From NCBI GenBank assembly GCA_016789745.1, contig JAEUQF010000139.1, positions 60,520-124,519 on the forward strand: 64,000 nt of DNA, read 5' to 3'. Under the pieces are notes generated by a model. That model had not been told where the DNA came from. It did no database searches and saw nothing but the letters and a program-made list of their open reading frames with translations. A program made the position numbers and the translations under genes. The DNA is from Bryobacterales bacterium. GTDB lineage: Bacteria > Acidobacteriota > Terriglobia > Bryobacterales > Bryobacteraceae. This document shows, piece after piece, positions 36,752 to 45,847 of the stretch (positions within the stretch are counted from its first letter, which is position 1; every line of letters starts with the position of its first letter).

Positions 36752-38413
36752 ATGAATCAGAAAAGAAGAAATGACCGCGAACGTGATCGTGACGCGTCGC
36801 GGAACACAGCAGTGACGGAGGCGGCCGAAAGCCCGGTAATGCCCGGTTCCCATGCCAAGGCTCTGGCGAAAGCCGTCAGCCTGCACCTGGAGGGCAAAGC
36901 CAAGGAGGCCTTGCGCGAACTCGACAACGCCGTCGCCAATGGCGCCGACGCGGCTGAGGTGCATTCGGCACGGGGCCACCTGCAATATGAACTCGAACTC
37001 TACGACGACGCCGTCCAGAGCTACTCCCGCCTGCTCGCGCTCGATCCGCGGCATCTGAACGGCGCCTTCAACCTCGCCGTCTGCCTGGAGAAGCTCGGGC
37101 GCTGGGATCAGGCCGGCGCGCAGTTTGAAAAGGCTCTCGATGCCGATCCGCAGAGGATCGATGCGTGGCTGGGCCTCGGCATCTGCCGTCTGCACAGCGA
37201 ACGCGCCGAACAGGCACTCGATGCCTTCGAACGGTGCCTGGCGCGTGACCCGGAACACGAGACCGCCCGCTTCGGAAAAGCTGTCGCGCTGCAGTATCTC
37301 TGGCGCTTCGACGAAGCCGCGGACCTGTACCGCGCGCTGCTCGAACGCAACCCGAATTCCGAAGAGTCACTGGTCAACCTCATCACCATCGGCATGGCCC
37401 GCAAGGATGAAAAGACCATCCGCGAGTACTCCGAGCGGCTGCTGGCGTTGCGTCCCTTCTCTCAGGCCGCCCTCGAAGGTCTGGCCACCTGCGCCTTCTC
37501 CTCTAACGACTTTGAAGCCGCCGCCCGCTGCTGCGCCAAGCTGGTCGAGTTCACACCCAATCACTTTGAGCGCTGGTTCAACCTGGGCGTCGCCTACCAG
37601 AAACTCGGCCGCCTGGAGCAGGCCGCGCAGGCTTACACCGAAGCCGTCCGCGTGCGGCCTGACGCCAAGCAGGCCTTCGTCAACCTCGGTATCGTGCGCC
37701 AGGAACTGGGCGACCTGAAGGGTGCCCGCGAAGCCTACGAACGCGCCCTGCAACTGGCTCCGGATATCCCCGAAATCCTCTACAACCTCGGCTCGGTGCT
37801 CGAACAGCAGTCCCAGAAAGATGACGCGGAAAAGCTCTATACCCGGCTGCTGGTGAAGAACCCGGATTGGGAAGATGCCTGGTTCCGCCTCGGCTACCTG
37901 CGCCTCAGCCGGGGGGATTTCCACGGCGGCGCCGAAGCCTTCGATGCCTGCCTCCGCAAGCGTCCGAACTGGCCCGAAGCCCTGGTGAACCTTGGTCTGG
38001 CTTACTGGAAGATCGGCGATCGTGATGCCGCCCGCCGCGCCTACGAACAGGCCCTCGAAGCCCAATCGGAATCCGTCGACGCGCTCCGCGGCCTCGCGGC
38101 CCTGGCCATCGAACGCACAGACTTCCAACAGGCGCTCGACTACCAGGCCCGCCTCATTGACCTCGGCGAACGGACGCCTGAACTGTTCTACAACACCGGC
38201 CTGCTGCTGCAGAAGTCTGGCCAGTTGGAAGACGCCATCCGCCTCTACAAGGAGGCACTCGCCGAACGCCCCAACTTCGCCGAAGCGCTCCTCAACCTCG
38301 GCCACGCGCTCAAGAGCCGCGGCCAGCAGGACGAGGCCCGCACCTACTGGAAGCAGGCCCTGGACGCCAAGCCCGAACTGGCCCAAGGCTACTTCGAACC
38401 GGTACACAGCTAA
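36752..38413 (+). CDS. TPR-repeat protein
   Basis: The ATG directly abuts the upstream TAA. About 13 canonical 34-aa TPR units are present (A..NLG......G....A...Y..AL...P). Confidence 0.85.
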   Translation: MNQKRRNDRERDRDASRNTAVTEAAESPVMPGSHAKALAKAVSLHLEGKAKEALRELDNAVANGADAAEVHSARGHLQYELELYDDAVQSYSRLLALDPRHLNGAFNLAVCLEKLGRWDQAGAQFEKALDADPQRIDAWLGLGICRLHSERAEQALDAFERCLARDPEHETARFGKAVALQYLWRFDEAADLYRALLERNPNSEESLVNLITIGMARKDEKTIREYSERLLALRPFSQAALEGLATCAFSSNDFEAAARCCAKLVEFTPNHFERWFNLGVAYQKLGRLEQAAQAYTEAVRVRPDAKQAFVNLGIVRQELGDLKGAREAYERALQLAPDIPEILYNLGSVLEQQSQKDDAEKLYTRLLVKNPDWEDAWFRLGYLRLSRGDFHGGAEAFDACLRKRPNWPEALVNLGLAYWKIGDRDAARRAYEQALEAQSESVDALRGLAALAIERTDFQQALDYQARLIDLGERTPELFYNTGLLLQKSGQLEDAIRLYKEALAERPNFAEALLNLGHALKSRGQQDEARTYWKQALDAKPELAQGYFEPVHS

Positions 38414-38445
38414 CGCACAAGTTTCCCCGACGAGAGAGAACCCAT

Positions 38446-38473
38446 CAGGCCCCGGAGTCCGCTCCGGGGCCTG
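38446..38473. terminator. bidirectional intrinsic-terminator-like hairpin
   Basis: caggccccggag-tccg-ctccggggcctg is a perfect 12-bp stem between the convergent stops at 38413 (+) and 38480 (-). Confidence 0.65.
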
Positions 38474-38479
38474 TTGCGT

Positions 38480-39319
38480 TTACAACTCTCCGCGCAGGCT
38501 TCGCCGCACCAACGAGCCAAACGGCGTGATCGCGCCGTGCCGTTTCAGATGCGGCTCGTCGCACCAACTCCAGGCCGTCCAACCCATGCCGAGCTGATCG
38601 AAGTACGTCGCCATCTGCTCGCCCCATTCCAGATGCTGGTCCCAGCCGCCCCACTCGCCGGCAAACAGCGGCTCACCCTCATCGGCGCGATGGCCGAACG
38701 CTTCGTACGGGTCGAGCGTGGCGGTCTTGTTGGGGTAGACGTGGGTCGAGTAGACGATGTGTTGGCGGTCAATGACGACGTCGCGCAGGTCGTAGGCCCA
38801 GTTCAGCCCACCCACGAAAACCAGCGCATCCGGATGCACGGCGCGGATGGTGTCGGTGAGCAGCGTCGCCCAGTAGCACCAGTCTTCCACGGTGGTGTCA
38901 TGCGGTTCATTGTAGAGGTCGAACAATACGGCCGGGTTGTGCTTGTAGCGGTCGGCAAGCATGCCCCAGGTCTTCGGACTGTTGAGGTCCGGCAGCGGGG
39001 CGATCTTGCGTTCGACGTCCAGCCATTGCAGGTCGAGCAGCGTGTAGGCGCCCCGCTCGGCGGCCCAGGCGATCACCTGATCCAGCGTCTCCAGATACCC
39101 GGGGCGGTTCAACACCCAGTCCTGGTTGAACGGCAGGCGGATGATGCGGCTGCCCCAATGGCCGCAGATCTCGTCGATCTCGGCCGCCGTGATACCGTGC
39201 TGATCGGGCGCCGCGTACTCCAACCCCGACCGGTTGACGCCGCGCAGGATCACCGGCTCCCGCGTGTCGGCACGAAGGACGTCCGGCCCATCAGTGGTCA
39301 GCAGCGGCAGATCAGGCAT
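38480..39319 (-). CDS. glycoside hydrolase family 5 (cellulase-like)
   Basis: Internal ATG at 39319 (MPDLPLL), overlapping the upstream stop as ATGCCTGA. Motifs: RGVNRSGLEY, VLFDLYNEPH (acid/base NEP) and LFAGEWGG (nucleophile). Confidence 0.8.
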   Translation of the reverse strand: MPDLPLLTTDGPDVLRADTREPVILRGVNRSGLEYAAPDQHGITAAEIDEICGHWGSRIIRLPFNQDWVLNRPGYLETLDQVIAWAAERGAYTLLDLQWLDVERKIAPLPDLNSPKTWGMLADRYKHNPAVLFDLYNEPHDTTVEDWCYWATLLTDTIRAVHPDALVFVGGLNWAYDLRDVVIDRQHIVYSTHVYPNKTATLDPYEAFGHRADEGEPLFAGEWGGWDQHLEWGEQMATYFDQLGMGWTAWSWCDEPHLKRHGAITPFGSLVRRSLRGEL

Positions 39320-41195
39320 CCAGCCAGACCACCGCGTAGGGAGCCAAGGCGAGATCGATGGTACCGGAGGCGGCGGTGAGCGTATCAGCCGGCGATGTCC
39401 TCCAAGCTTCGGGCGCCTGCGTGGCCTGCTGGATACTGTACTCGTCAAGCCGGCGAACGGCCAGCCGCTTCTGCGGAGTGCCGAAACGCAGGCGGGCCGT
39501 CTGGGCCTCGGCGGTCATGTTGGCCACCAGCACACGGGTCTTGGCGCCCAGCCGCAGCGCCATAGCATCGACGGTGAGGGGCTGGTTGGAACGCAGCGGC
39601 AGCACCTCGCCGCCGGCAAACTCCGTGACCGCCTGCAGCACGTGATACAGCGGATAAACGCGATCCTCGGCCAGCACGCCACCAGGTCCCGCCGACTCAT
39701 AGTAGGTGACACTGCCGGTGCCCGCTTCCCCCAGATACTTCAAGCTGCCCAGCGTCCAGGCGGCGCCGAACAGCGAGTCCTGCCGGGGATCGGCGGGGGG
39801 CGGGCCGCTCACGGCTTCGGTGGCATTCGGGTTGAAGCGCGGCAGCAGCGTGACCGGGGTGATGACGATGGGCTTGCCGCCAGAGAACTGTTTGGCCGAC
39901 AGCACTGCATCGGCCTGCGCGGCGACGTTCTCCACCAGGCTGGTGTTGTCGAAGGCATGCACCTGCGGGTTCAGCGAATAGCAGAGAAAGTCGAAGCCGG
40001 AAGGGTCGGGGCGGGCACGGTTGAGTTCAGCGAAGTAGGCGTTGGTACCGCCGCCCACCGGCGCGCCGGGCAGTCTCTGTTTGGCCAATTGGATCCACTT
40101 CGGGTCGGTTGCAGGTTGGTCTTTGTGATAGATGAGCCAGCGCGCGATCTTGAGCGACTTCGCAGCCTCTGCGGCGGCCTTCAGATCCGCCTCGCCGTCG
40201 CCTGTGAGGTGCAGCGCCACTTCAAGCGGAATGCCTTCCACGGCGGCTTTCACGCCTTCTACCCGCAGGTGGGCTGCCTTCAACCCGGCGATGCGGCGGG
40301 CAGCGCCGGCACTGAGCTTGTCGCCCGCAAAGCCGAGTCCAATCTTCGGCACCGGCACGGCGGCGGCCTTCGTGTCGAGAGCCAGCTCCACCGCCCGGCG
40401 GCTGACGATGAACCGGCGGGTCGTCTCCGCTTGCACGCCTTCGAGTTCGATGGTCACCGACTGCCGGATCTTCGTCCCTTGCGGCACCTCGACGGGAAAG
40501 GGCTTGGCGAGCGGCGTGCAGTAGGTCTTGTAGGAGGCGTCGGTCCAGTTGCGATGATCTTCCATCTCGAAGGTCTCGCCTTCAAAGCGCACATGCGCCA
40601 TGACGCCCGGCGCCACCTGGTGCGAGACGGAGGCCATGTCCTTGAAAGGCTGATGCGGCGAGACACGGAGCGGGAACTTGCCCTGCTCCTTGCTGCCGTC
40701 GCCATGAAGGACCGTGCACCAGTTGCCGGCGCATTCGGTGATGGGATGCAGGACGGCAAAGCCGATGCGATTGCGGAGGAAGGTGCTGCGGGCCTCGCCT
40801 TCCATGGCGAACTGGACGCGGTTCCGGGCTTCGCCGGTGATGACGCCGCGCCAGAAGAAGTCGATGTTGCCTTGCTTGCAGGTGACATCGAAGGTGGCTT
40901 GGAAGCCGCCGTCGCCGGACTGGACTTTCACGTTGCTGACCTGCGGACTGACGGTGCCCCAGTTGCGGTCGCGAACGGCCGCGTAGAGGCCGCGCAGGAT
41001 CTCGGCGTTGCCGAAGCGGAGGTAGCGGAGGAAGCCGAGGTCGGGCTCGAAGACCATGGTCATACGTCCGGCCGCGAGGGGGATCTGCTTGGGGAGGGGC
41101 TCGTCTTTGCCGGAGTAGAACTTCTGGTAGGCGCCGAGTGGGAGGGCGGCGGTGCCCAGTTGCAGAGCGAAGCGGCGGGAGAGCTTACCTGGCAT
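39312..41195 (-). CDS. Tat-signal hypothetical protein in a glycan-degradation operon
   Basis: 627-aa ORF starting MPGKLSRRFALQLGTAALPLGA. It contains FEMEDHRNWTDASYKTYCTP. No family named with confidence. Confidence 0.7.
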   Translation of the reverse strand: MPGKLSRRFALQLGTAALPLGAYQKFYSGKDEPLPKQIPLAAGRMTMVFEPDLGFLRYLRFGNAEILRGLYAAVRDRNWGTVSPQVSNVKVQSGDGGFQATFDVTCKQGNIDFFWRGVITGEARNRVQFAMEGEARSTFLRNRIGFAVLHPITECAGNWCTVLHGDGSKEQGKFPLRVSPHQPFKDMASVSHQVAPGVMAHVRFEGETFEMEDHRNWTDASYKTYCTPLAKPFPVEVPQGTKIRQSVTIELEGVQAETTRRFIVSRRAVELALDTKAAAVPVPKIGLGFAGDKLSAGAARRIAGLKAAHLRVEGVKAAVEGIPLEVALHLTGDGEADLKAAAEAAKSLKIARWLIYHKDQPATDPKWIQLAKQRLPGAPVGGGTNAYFAELNRARPDPSGFDFLCYSLNPQVHAFDNTSLVENVAAQADAVLSAKQFSGGKPIVITPVTLLPRFNPNATEAVSGPPPADPRQDSLFGAAWTLGSLKYLGEAGTGSVTYYESAGPGGVLAEDRVYPLYHVLQAVTEFAGGEVLPLRSNQPLTVDAMALRLGAKTRVLVANMTAEAQTARLRFGTPQKRLAVRRLDEYSIQQATQAPEAWRTSPADTLTAASGTIDLALAPYAVVWLDA

Positions 41196-41985
41196 CTCTG
41201 ATGTTCCTATCCAAGAATTGAACGACTTTCTGCCGGATCTCGGGGGCGTTGAACGCCGGGCCGCCGTGTCCGGCGCCGGGCAGGATCACCAACTCTACCG
41301 GCACGCCCGCGGCTCGCAGGGCTTTGTCGAGAAACTGGCTTTGGGTGAAGTGCACCAGCGGATCGGCGTCGCCGTGCACGATGAGGAACGGCGGATCGCC
41401 CTTGTTGACGTAGGTGAGTGGGCTGGCTTTCGCGACCTTGTCCTGGTTCTGCTGGATAGGCCCGCCGACCAATTGCGATTCGGGCGAGTGCGGCGCGTCG
41501 TGATCCATGGCGCCTTTGACGTCGTTCATGCGCAAGAAGTCGGTGGGGCCGAAGAAGTCGATGACGGCGTCCACCTGGCTCATGACACCGAGAAGCGCTA
41601 CCAGGTGCCCGCCGGCCGACGAGCCCCAGGCGGCGATTCGGCGCGTGTTGAGCTTGTATTCCGAGCCGTGGTCGCGCAGCCATTTGACGGCGGCCTTGCA
41701 ATCGTCGATCTGGGCCGGATACTGGGCCACCTGCGAGAGGCGATAGGAGATGCTGGCCACCGCATAGCCATGCTGGGTGAGGAAGCGGGCCGGGGTCTGG
41801 GCACGGTCGCCTGCTCGCCAGGCACCGCCGTGGACCCAGACCAGCAGCGGATGCGGCCCATTGCCGGAGGGCAAATAAAGATCAAGCTTCAGTTCGCGGT
41901 CGCCAACCTTGGCGTAAGTGAGCCCGGTATGGGTCTGCCCACCGCAGACAGCAGCGAGAGCCAACAGCAGCCCGGCGAGCTTCAT
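41185..41985 (-). CDS. alpha/beta hydrolase (esterase/lipase fold-3 type), secreted
   Basis: Motifs are LLVWVHGGAWRAGD (oxyanion HGG) and AAWGSSAGGHL (GxSxG). It overlaps the downstream gene by 11 nt. Confidence 0.8.
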   Translation of the reverse strand: MKLAGLLLALAAVCGGQTHTGLTYAKVGDRELKLDLYLPSGNGPHPLLVWVHGGAWRAGDRAQTPARFLTQHGYAVASISYRLSQVAQYPAQIDDCKAAVKWLRDHGSEYKLNTRRIAAWGSSAGGHLVALLGVMSQVDAVIDFFGPTDFLRMNDVKGAMDHDAPHSPESQLVGGPIQQNQDKVAKASPLTYVNKGDPPFLIVHGDADPLVHFTQSQFLDKALRAAGVPVELVILPGAGHGGPAFNAPEIRQKVVQFLDRNIRDAR

Positions 41986-43625
41986 ACGCGCTTCACGTCG
42001 ACGTAGTGAGCGCCGATGGTGTCGACGACAGCCTTCAGCTGCGAGGAACCTGCGATTAGCCGAACGCCAGGTATCGTGAGTTCGGTGGTCCCGGCGGGAA
42101 AGGGCTTCTCGACGCGTGTGTCGCCGAGCGTGAAGGTGGCTTTACGCTCGGCGTCGGCTTTGGGCAGGCGCAGGGTGATGTCGTAGTTGGCGGCCTGCCG
42201 CACATCGACTTCCCAGTGCCCCAGGCCGTTGGCCTCCCAACTGGCTTGCGGGCCGCGCCAGTCCTGGCGTGTGAGCGTCGTGACGGCCTCCTGCGGCGCG
42301 CCGAGGTAGATCTTCGGCGGCGCATAGTTGCGGGTGGCCGAGACATCGGCAAACCAGGCATCGTAGTCGGCACGGAGTTTCTTCACCACGTCGGGGTTCT
42401 GGGGGGCGATGTCGGACTTCTCGGCCGGATCGGATTGGAGGTCGTAGAGTTCCTTGCCGTTGACCAGCTTGTAGCGATCGCGGATGGCGGCGGCGTTCTG
42501 GAAGGGGTTGGGGCGCTCACCGCGATGCCACTGGAAGAAGAGCGTACGCGGGCTCCAAGCGGGCTTGCCTTTGAGGACTGGCAGGAGGCTGCGGCCGTCG
42601 ATTTTGAGATCCTTGGGACGCGTCACGCCGCAGGCATCGGTCAGGGTAGGCATGATGTCGATATGCGCGGCCATCTGCGAGTGCTTCAGGCCGCCCTTGG
42701 TGCCGCCGGGCCAGCGGAGCAGGAACGGGACGCGGATGCCGCCTTCGTAGACGCCGCCCTTATGACCGCGCATGCCGCCATTGAAGCGAGGCCGCTGCGG
42801 TCCGTTGTCGGTCATGAACATGAAGATGGTGTTCTGGTCGAGCTTCAGTTCGCGCAGCCTGGCGAGCAGGCGGCCGACGTTGTCGTCGAGGTTCTTGCAC
42901 ATGCCATAGGTTTTGGCATCGCGGTCATCGAGGCCGGCTTTGCGGAAAGGGTCGACGTACTTGTCGTCGATCTGCAGCGGGTCGTGCGGGGCGTTAGTGG
43001 CGATGTAGGTGAAGAAAGGCTGGTTACGATTGGCTTCGATGAAACCGAGCGCGGCGTCGAAAAAGATGTCGGTGCAGTAGCCCTTCTTCTTCACCCATTG
43101 GCCGTTGTGGCGGAGCATGGGGTCGAAGTAGGTGTTGCCGACCGGATCAGAAGGCTGGGTAAGGCCGCCGCCGGTGCAGTTGAGCGACTCTTCGAAGCCC
43201 TGGTCGATGGAGCGCAGCGGGTAGCAATCGCCGAGGTGCCACTTACCGAACAGGCCGGTGCGATAGCCGGCGCCCTTGAGCAGTTCGGGCAGCGTGGTTT
43301 CGTCGTTATGCATCATGGAGCGGCCGAGGTAGGTGTCGGTGACGCCGGTACGGTAGTAGTAGCGTCCGGTCATGACACTGGAGCGCGTGGGCGAGCAGAC
43401 CGGGTTGACGTGGAACTGCGTGAACTGCACGCCTTCGCGGCCAATGGAATCGGTGTGCGGGGTTTGCAGATGCGGGTTGCCGTGAAGGGAGAGATCGCCG
43501 TAACCCTGGTCGTCGGTGATGACGAGTACGACGTTGGGACGCTTCCCGGCGGCCCTTACCACAGCGGGCGCCATAGCGGCGGCCGAGGCAGAAGCAATAA
43601 AATGACGTCTGGAACACTCCGGCAT
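41982..43625 (-). CDS. arylsulfatase, Tat-signal
   Basis: ATG at 43625 gives MPECSRRHFIASASAAAMA. Further motifs are VVLVITDDQGYGDL and NPVCSPTRSSVMTGRY (CxPxR). There is a 4-nt overlap with the esterase gene. Confidence 0.9.
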   Translation of the reverse strand: MPECSRRHFIASASAAAMAPAVVRAAGKRPNVVLVITDDQGYGDLSLHGNPHLQTPHTDSIGREGVQFTQFHVNPVCSPTRSSVMTGRYYYRTGVTDTYLGRSMMHNDETTLPELLKGAGYRTGLFGKWHLGDCYPLRSIDQGFEESLNCTGGGLTQPSDPVGNTYFDPMLRHNGQWVKKKGYCTDIFFDAALGFIEANRNQPFFTYIATNAPHDPLQIDDKYVDPFRKAGLDDRDAKTYGMCKNLDDNVGRLLARLRELKLDQNTIFMFMTDNGPQRPRFNGGMRGHKGGVYEGGIRVPFLLRWPGGTKGGLKHSQMAAHIDIMPTLTDACGVTRPKDLKIDGRSLLPVLKGKPAWSPRTLFFQWHRGERPNPFQNAAAIRDRYKLVNGKELYDLQSDPAEKSDIAPQNPDVVKKLRADYDAWFADVSATRNYAPPKIYLGAPQEAVTTLTRQDWRGPQASWEANGLGHWEVDVRQAANYDITLRLPKADAERKATFTLGDTRVEKPFPAGTTELTIPGVRLIAGSSQLKAVVDTIGAHYVDVKRV

Positions 43626-45843
43626 GACCCTCAAAGTTTACAGCATCGTCTGGATGCTCGGATTGGGTGTGAGCCTGCGGGCGGAAGTGGATTTCGCTCG
43701 CGAGGTACACCCGATTCTGACAGCAAGATGTACGGCGTGCCACAGCGGGCACAACGCGCAAGGCGGCCTGGCGCTGAACTCGCGCGCCGACGTATTGAAG
43801 GCGGTGGTGCCTGGCGATAGCAAGTCGAGCAAGCTGCTGCAGCGGGTGACGGGAGAGAAGCCGCCGCGGATGCCATTGAGCGGCGCGCCGCTGACGGAAG
43901 CGGAGATCGCGACGCTGCGCAAGTGGATTGACGAAGGCGCCAAGGGCAGTGTGGGCGTGGCCGATGTGGCGACGTGGAAAGCGCCGCTGGCGCCGCGCAC
44001 GCCGACGCCGCCGAAGGCCGGGCATCCGGTGGATGCGTTCCTGGGCACGCTGGATGCGAAAACCATACCGGACCGATTGTTTGCGCGGCGCGCGTATCTG
44101 GATCTGCATGGGCTCCTGCCGACACCGGAGCAGTTGCGGGCGTTTGAGAAGAGCCCGGATCGGGCGAAGCTGATCGACCGGCTGTTGAAGGACAAGGATA
44201 CCTATGCCGGGCATTGGATGAGCTTCTGGAATGATGTGTTGCGTAACGACGACGGTGTCGTTTATTACGGCGAGCGAAAGTCGATAACGGCGTGGCTGCA
44301 GCGGGCGCTGGAAGAGAACATGCCGTATGACCGCTTCGTGGCCACGTTGTTGAATCCGGCGAAGAAGGGCGATCCGGAGGGTTTCATCCTGGGGGTGACG
44401 TGGCGCGGCGAGGTGCCGGCGAGCGAGCGGCCGCCGCTGCAGGCGGCGCAGAACAGTGCGCAGGCATTTCTAGGGATCAACCTGAAATGCAATTCCTGCC
44501 ATGACAGCTTCATCAGCAACTGGAAGCTGAAGGACGCGTATGGGCTGGCGGCGTTCTTCAGTACCGAGCCGCTGGAGATTGTGCGCTGCGATGTGAAGAC
44601 CGGAGAGACGGCAAAGCCGAAGTTTCTGTTCGAGGAATTGGGCGCGGTGCGGCCGGTATCGACGCTGGAAGAGCGGCGGGCGGAAGCGGCGCGGCTGTTC
44701 ACGTTGTCGGAGAATGGACGGCTGGCGCGGACGGCGGTGAACCGGTATTGGAAGCTGCTGTTCGGGCGCGGCGTGGTGGAACCGGTGGATGATATGGCGG
44801 CGCAGCCTTGGAATGCGGAACTACTGGATTGGCTGGCGGCGGACTTCGCGAAGAACGGGTATGACGTAAAGAAGCTGCTGCGGACCTTGATGACGTCGAA
44901 GGCTTACCAGATGGCGTCGGTGAAGGCGGCGCCGGTGGCAGGGGCACCATACACGTTTGCGGGTCCACACCGGCGCCGGTTGTCGGCCGAACAGTATGCC
45001 GATGCGGTGGCGGCGATCACGGGCGAGTGGCGGTTCAAGCCGGCGAGTTCGGCGGCGCCGACGCGGTGGGTGCGCGAGTGGGAGTTGAAGTCGACTTCGT
45101 TGACGCGGGCGATGGGGCGGCCGGTGCGAGACCAGATGGTGACGGAGCGGTTGACGGCTCCGACGACGCTGCAGGCGATTGAGTTGGTGAACGGGCAATA
45201 CTTGGCGGGCTGGTTGAATGAGGCGGCGAAGCGGATGATCGGCGAGACGCCGGAGGCGCCGGAGAATCTGTTCGACAGCGGCGTGCTGCGGCGGAATCCG
45301 GTGAAGGTAGACATCTCCGTGAAGGGCGTGAAGGAGCTGTACCTGCTGGTGGAGAACGTGGATTCGTATAACCCGTCGCGGGTGGTGCCGATGTGGAAGG
45401 ACGCGGTGTTTTTGAAGGGGAAGGAGCGCGTGCCGCTGCGGGAATTGATTGGGCAGGATCCGGAGAATCTGAAGCTGCCGGCAAGGTTGAAGGTGGATCT
45501 ACAGGGGAAGAAGTTCCAGCGGTTCCAGGCATCGGTACAGGTGAGTAAAGAGAGCACGGCGTCGGATGTGGGGCCGGCGATCCGGTTCTTCGTGTTTGAC
45601 GAGCAGCCGTTGGCGCGGCAGTTGGTGCGCGTGAAGGACGAGACACCGGTGGCGCGGCCGCCGGTACGGCAGACACCGGAGGCGTTGGCCGAGCGGCTGT
45701 ATCTGCATGCGTTCCAACGAACGCCGGCGGAGGCCGAACGATCAGTGCTGCGTGAGATTTTGGGATCCAGGCTGGAGGCGTCCGGCGTGGAAGACCTGCT
45801 GTGGATGATTCTGCAATCGCCCGAGTTCCAATACATTGAGTAA
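43624..45843 (+). CDS. second PSCyt1 + DUF1549 + DUF1553 protein
   Basis: Reads MTLKVYSIVWMLGLGVSLRAEVDFAREVHPILTARCTACH, plus HPVDAFL, NSCHDSF and DUF1553-like blocks. Confidence 0.85.
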   Translation: MTLKVYSIVWMLGLGVSLRAEVDFAREVHPILTARCTACHSGHNAQGGLALNSRADVLKAVVPGDSKSSKLLQRVTGEKPPRMPLSGAPLTEAEIATLRKWIDEGAKGSVGVADVATWKAPLAPRTPTPPKAGHPVDAFLGTLDAKTIPDRLFARRAYLDLHGLLPTPEQLRAFEKSPDRAKLIDRLLKDKDTYAGHWMSFWNDVLRNDDGVVYYGERKSITAWLQRALEENMPYDRFVATLLNPAKKGDPEGFILGVTWRGEVPASERPPLQAAQNSAQAFLGINLKCNSCHDSFISNWKLKDAYGLAAFFSTEPLEIVRCDVKTGETAKPKFLFEELGAVRPVSTLEERRAEAARLFTLSENGRLARTAVNRYWKLLFGRGVVEPVDDMAAQPWNAELLDWLAADFAKNGYDVKKLLRTLMTSKAYQMASVKAAPVAGAPYTFAGPHRRRLSAEQYADAVAAITGEWRFKPASSAAPTRWVREWELKSTSLTRAMGRPVRDQMVTERLTAPTTLQAIELVNGQYLAGWLNEAAKRMIGETPEAPENLFDSGVLRRNPVKVDISVKGVKELYLLVENVDSYNPSRVVPMWKDAVFLKGKERVPLRELIGQDPENLKLPARLKVDLQGKKFQRFQASVQVSKESTASDVGPAIRFFVFDEQPLARQLVRVKDETPVARPPVRQTPEALAERLYLHAFQRTPAEAERSVLREILGSRLEASGVEDLLWMILQSPEFQYIE

Positions 45844-45847
45844 AGCC

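Noticed and set aside
39234-41201. 655-aa plus-strand ORF
   Set aside because: It is antisense to the 39312..41195 gene, which has a Tat signal and sensible composition. This is a shadow ORF.
42216-43820. 534-aa plus-strand ORF
   Set aside because: It is antisense to the arylsulfatase, which has clear CxPxR and DDQGYGD motifs.
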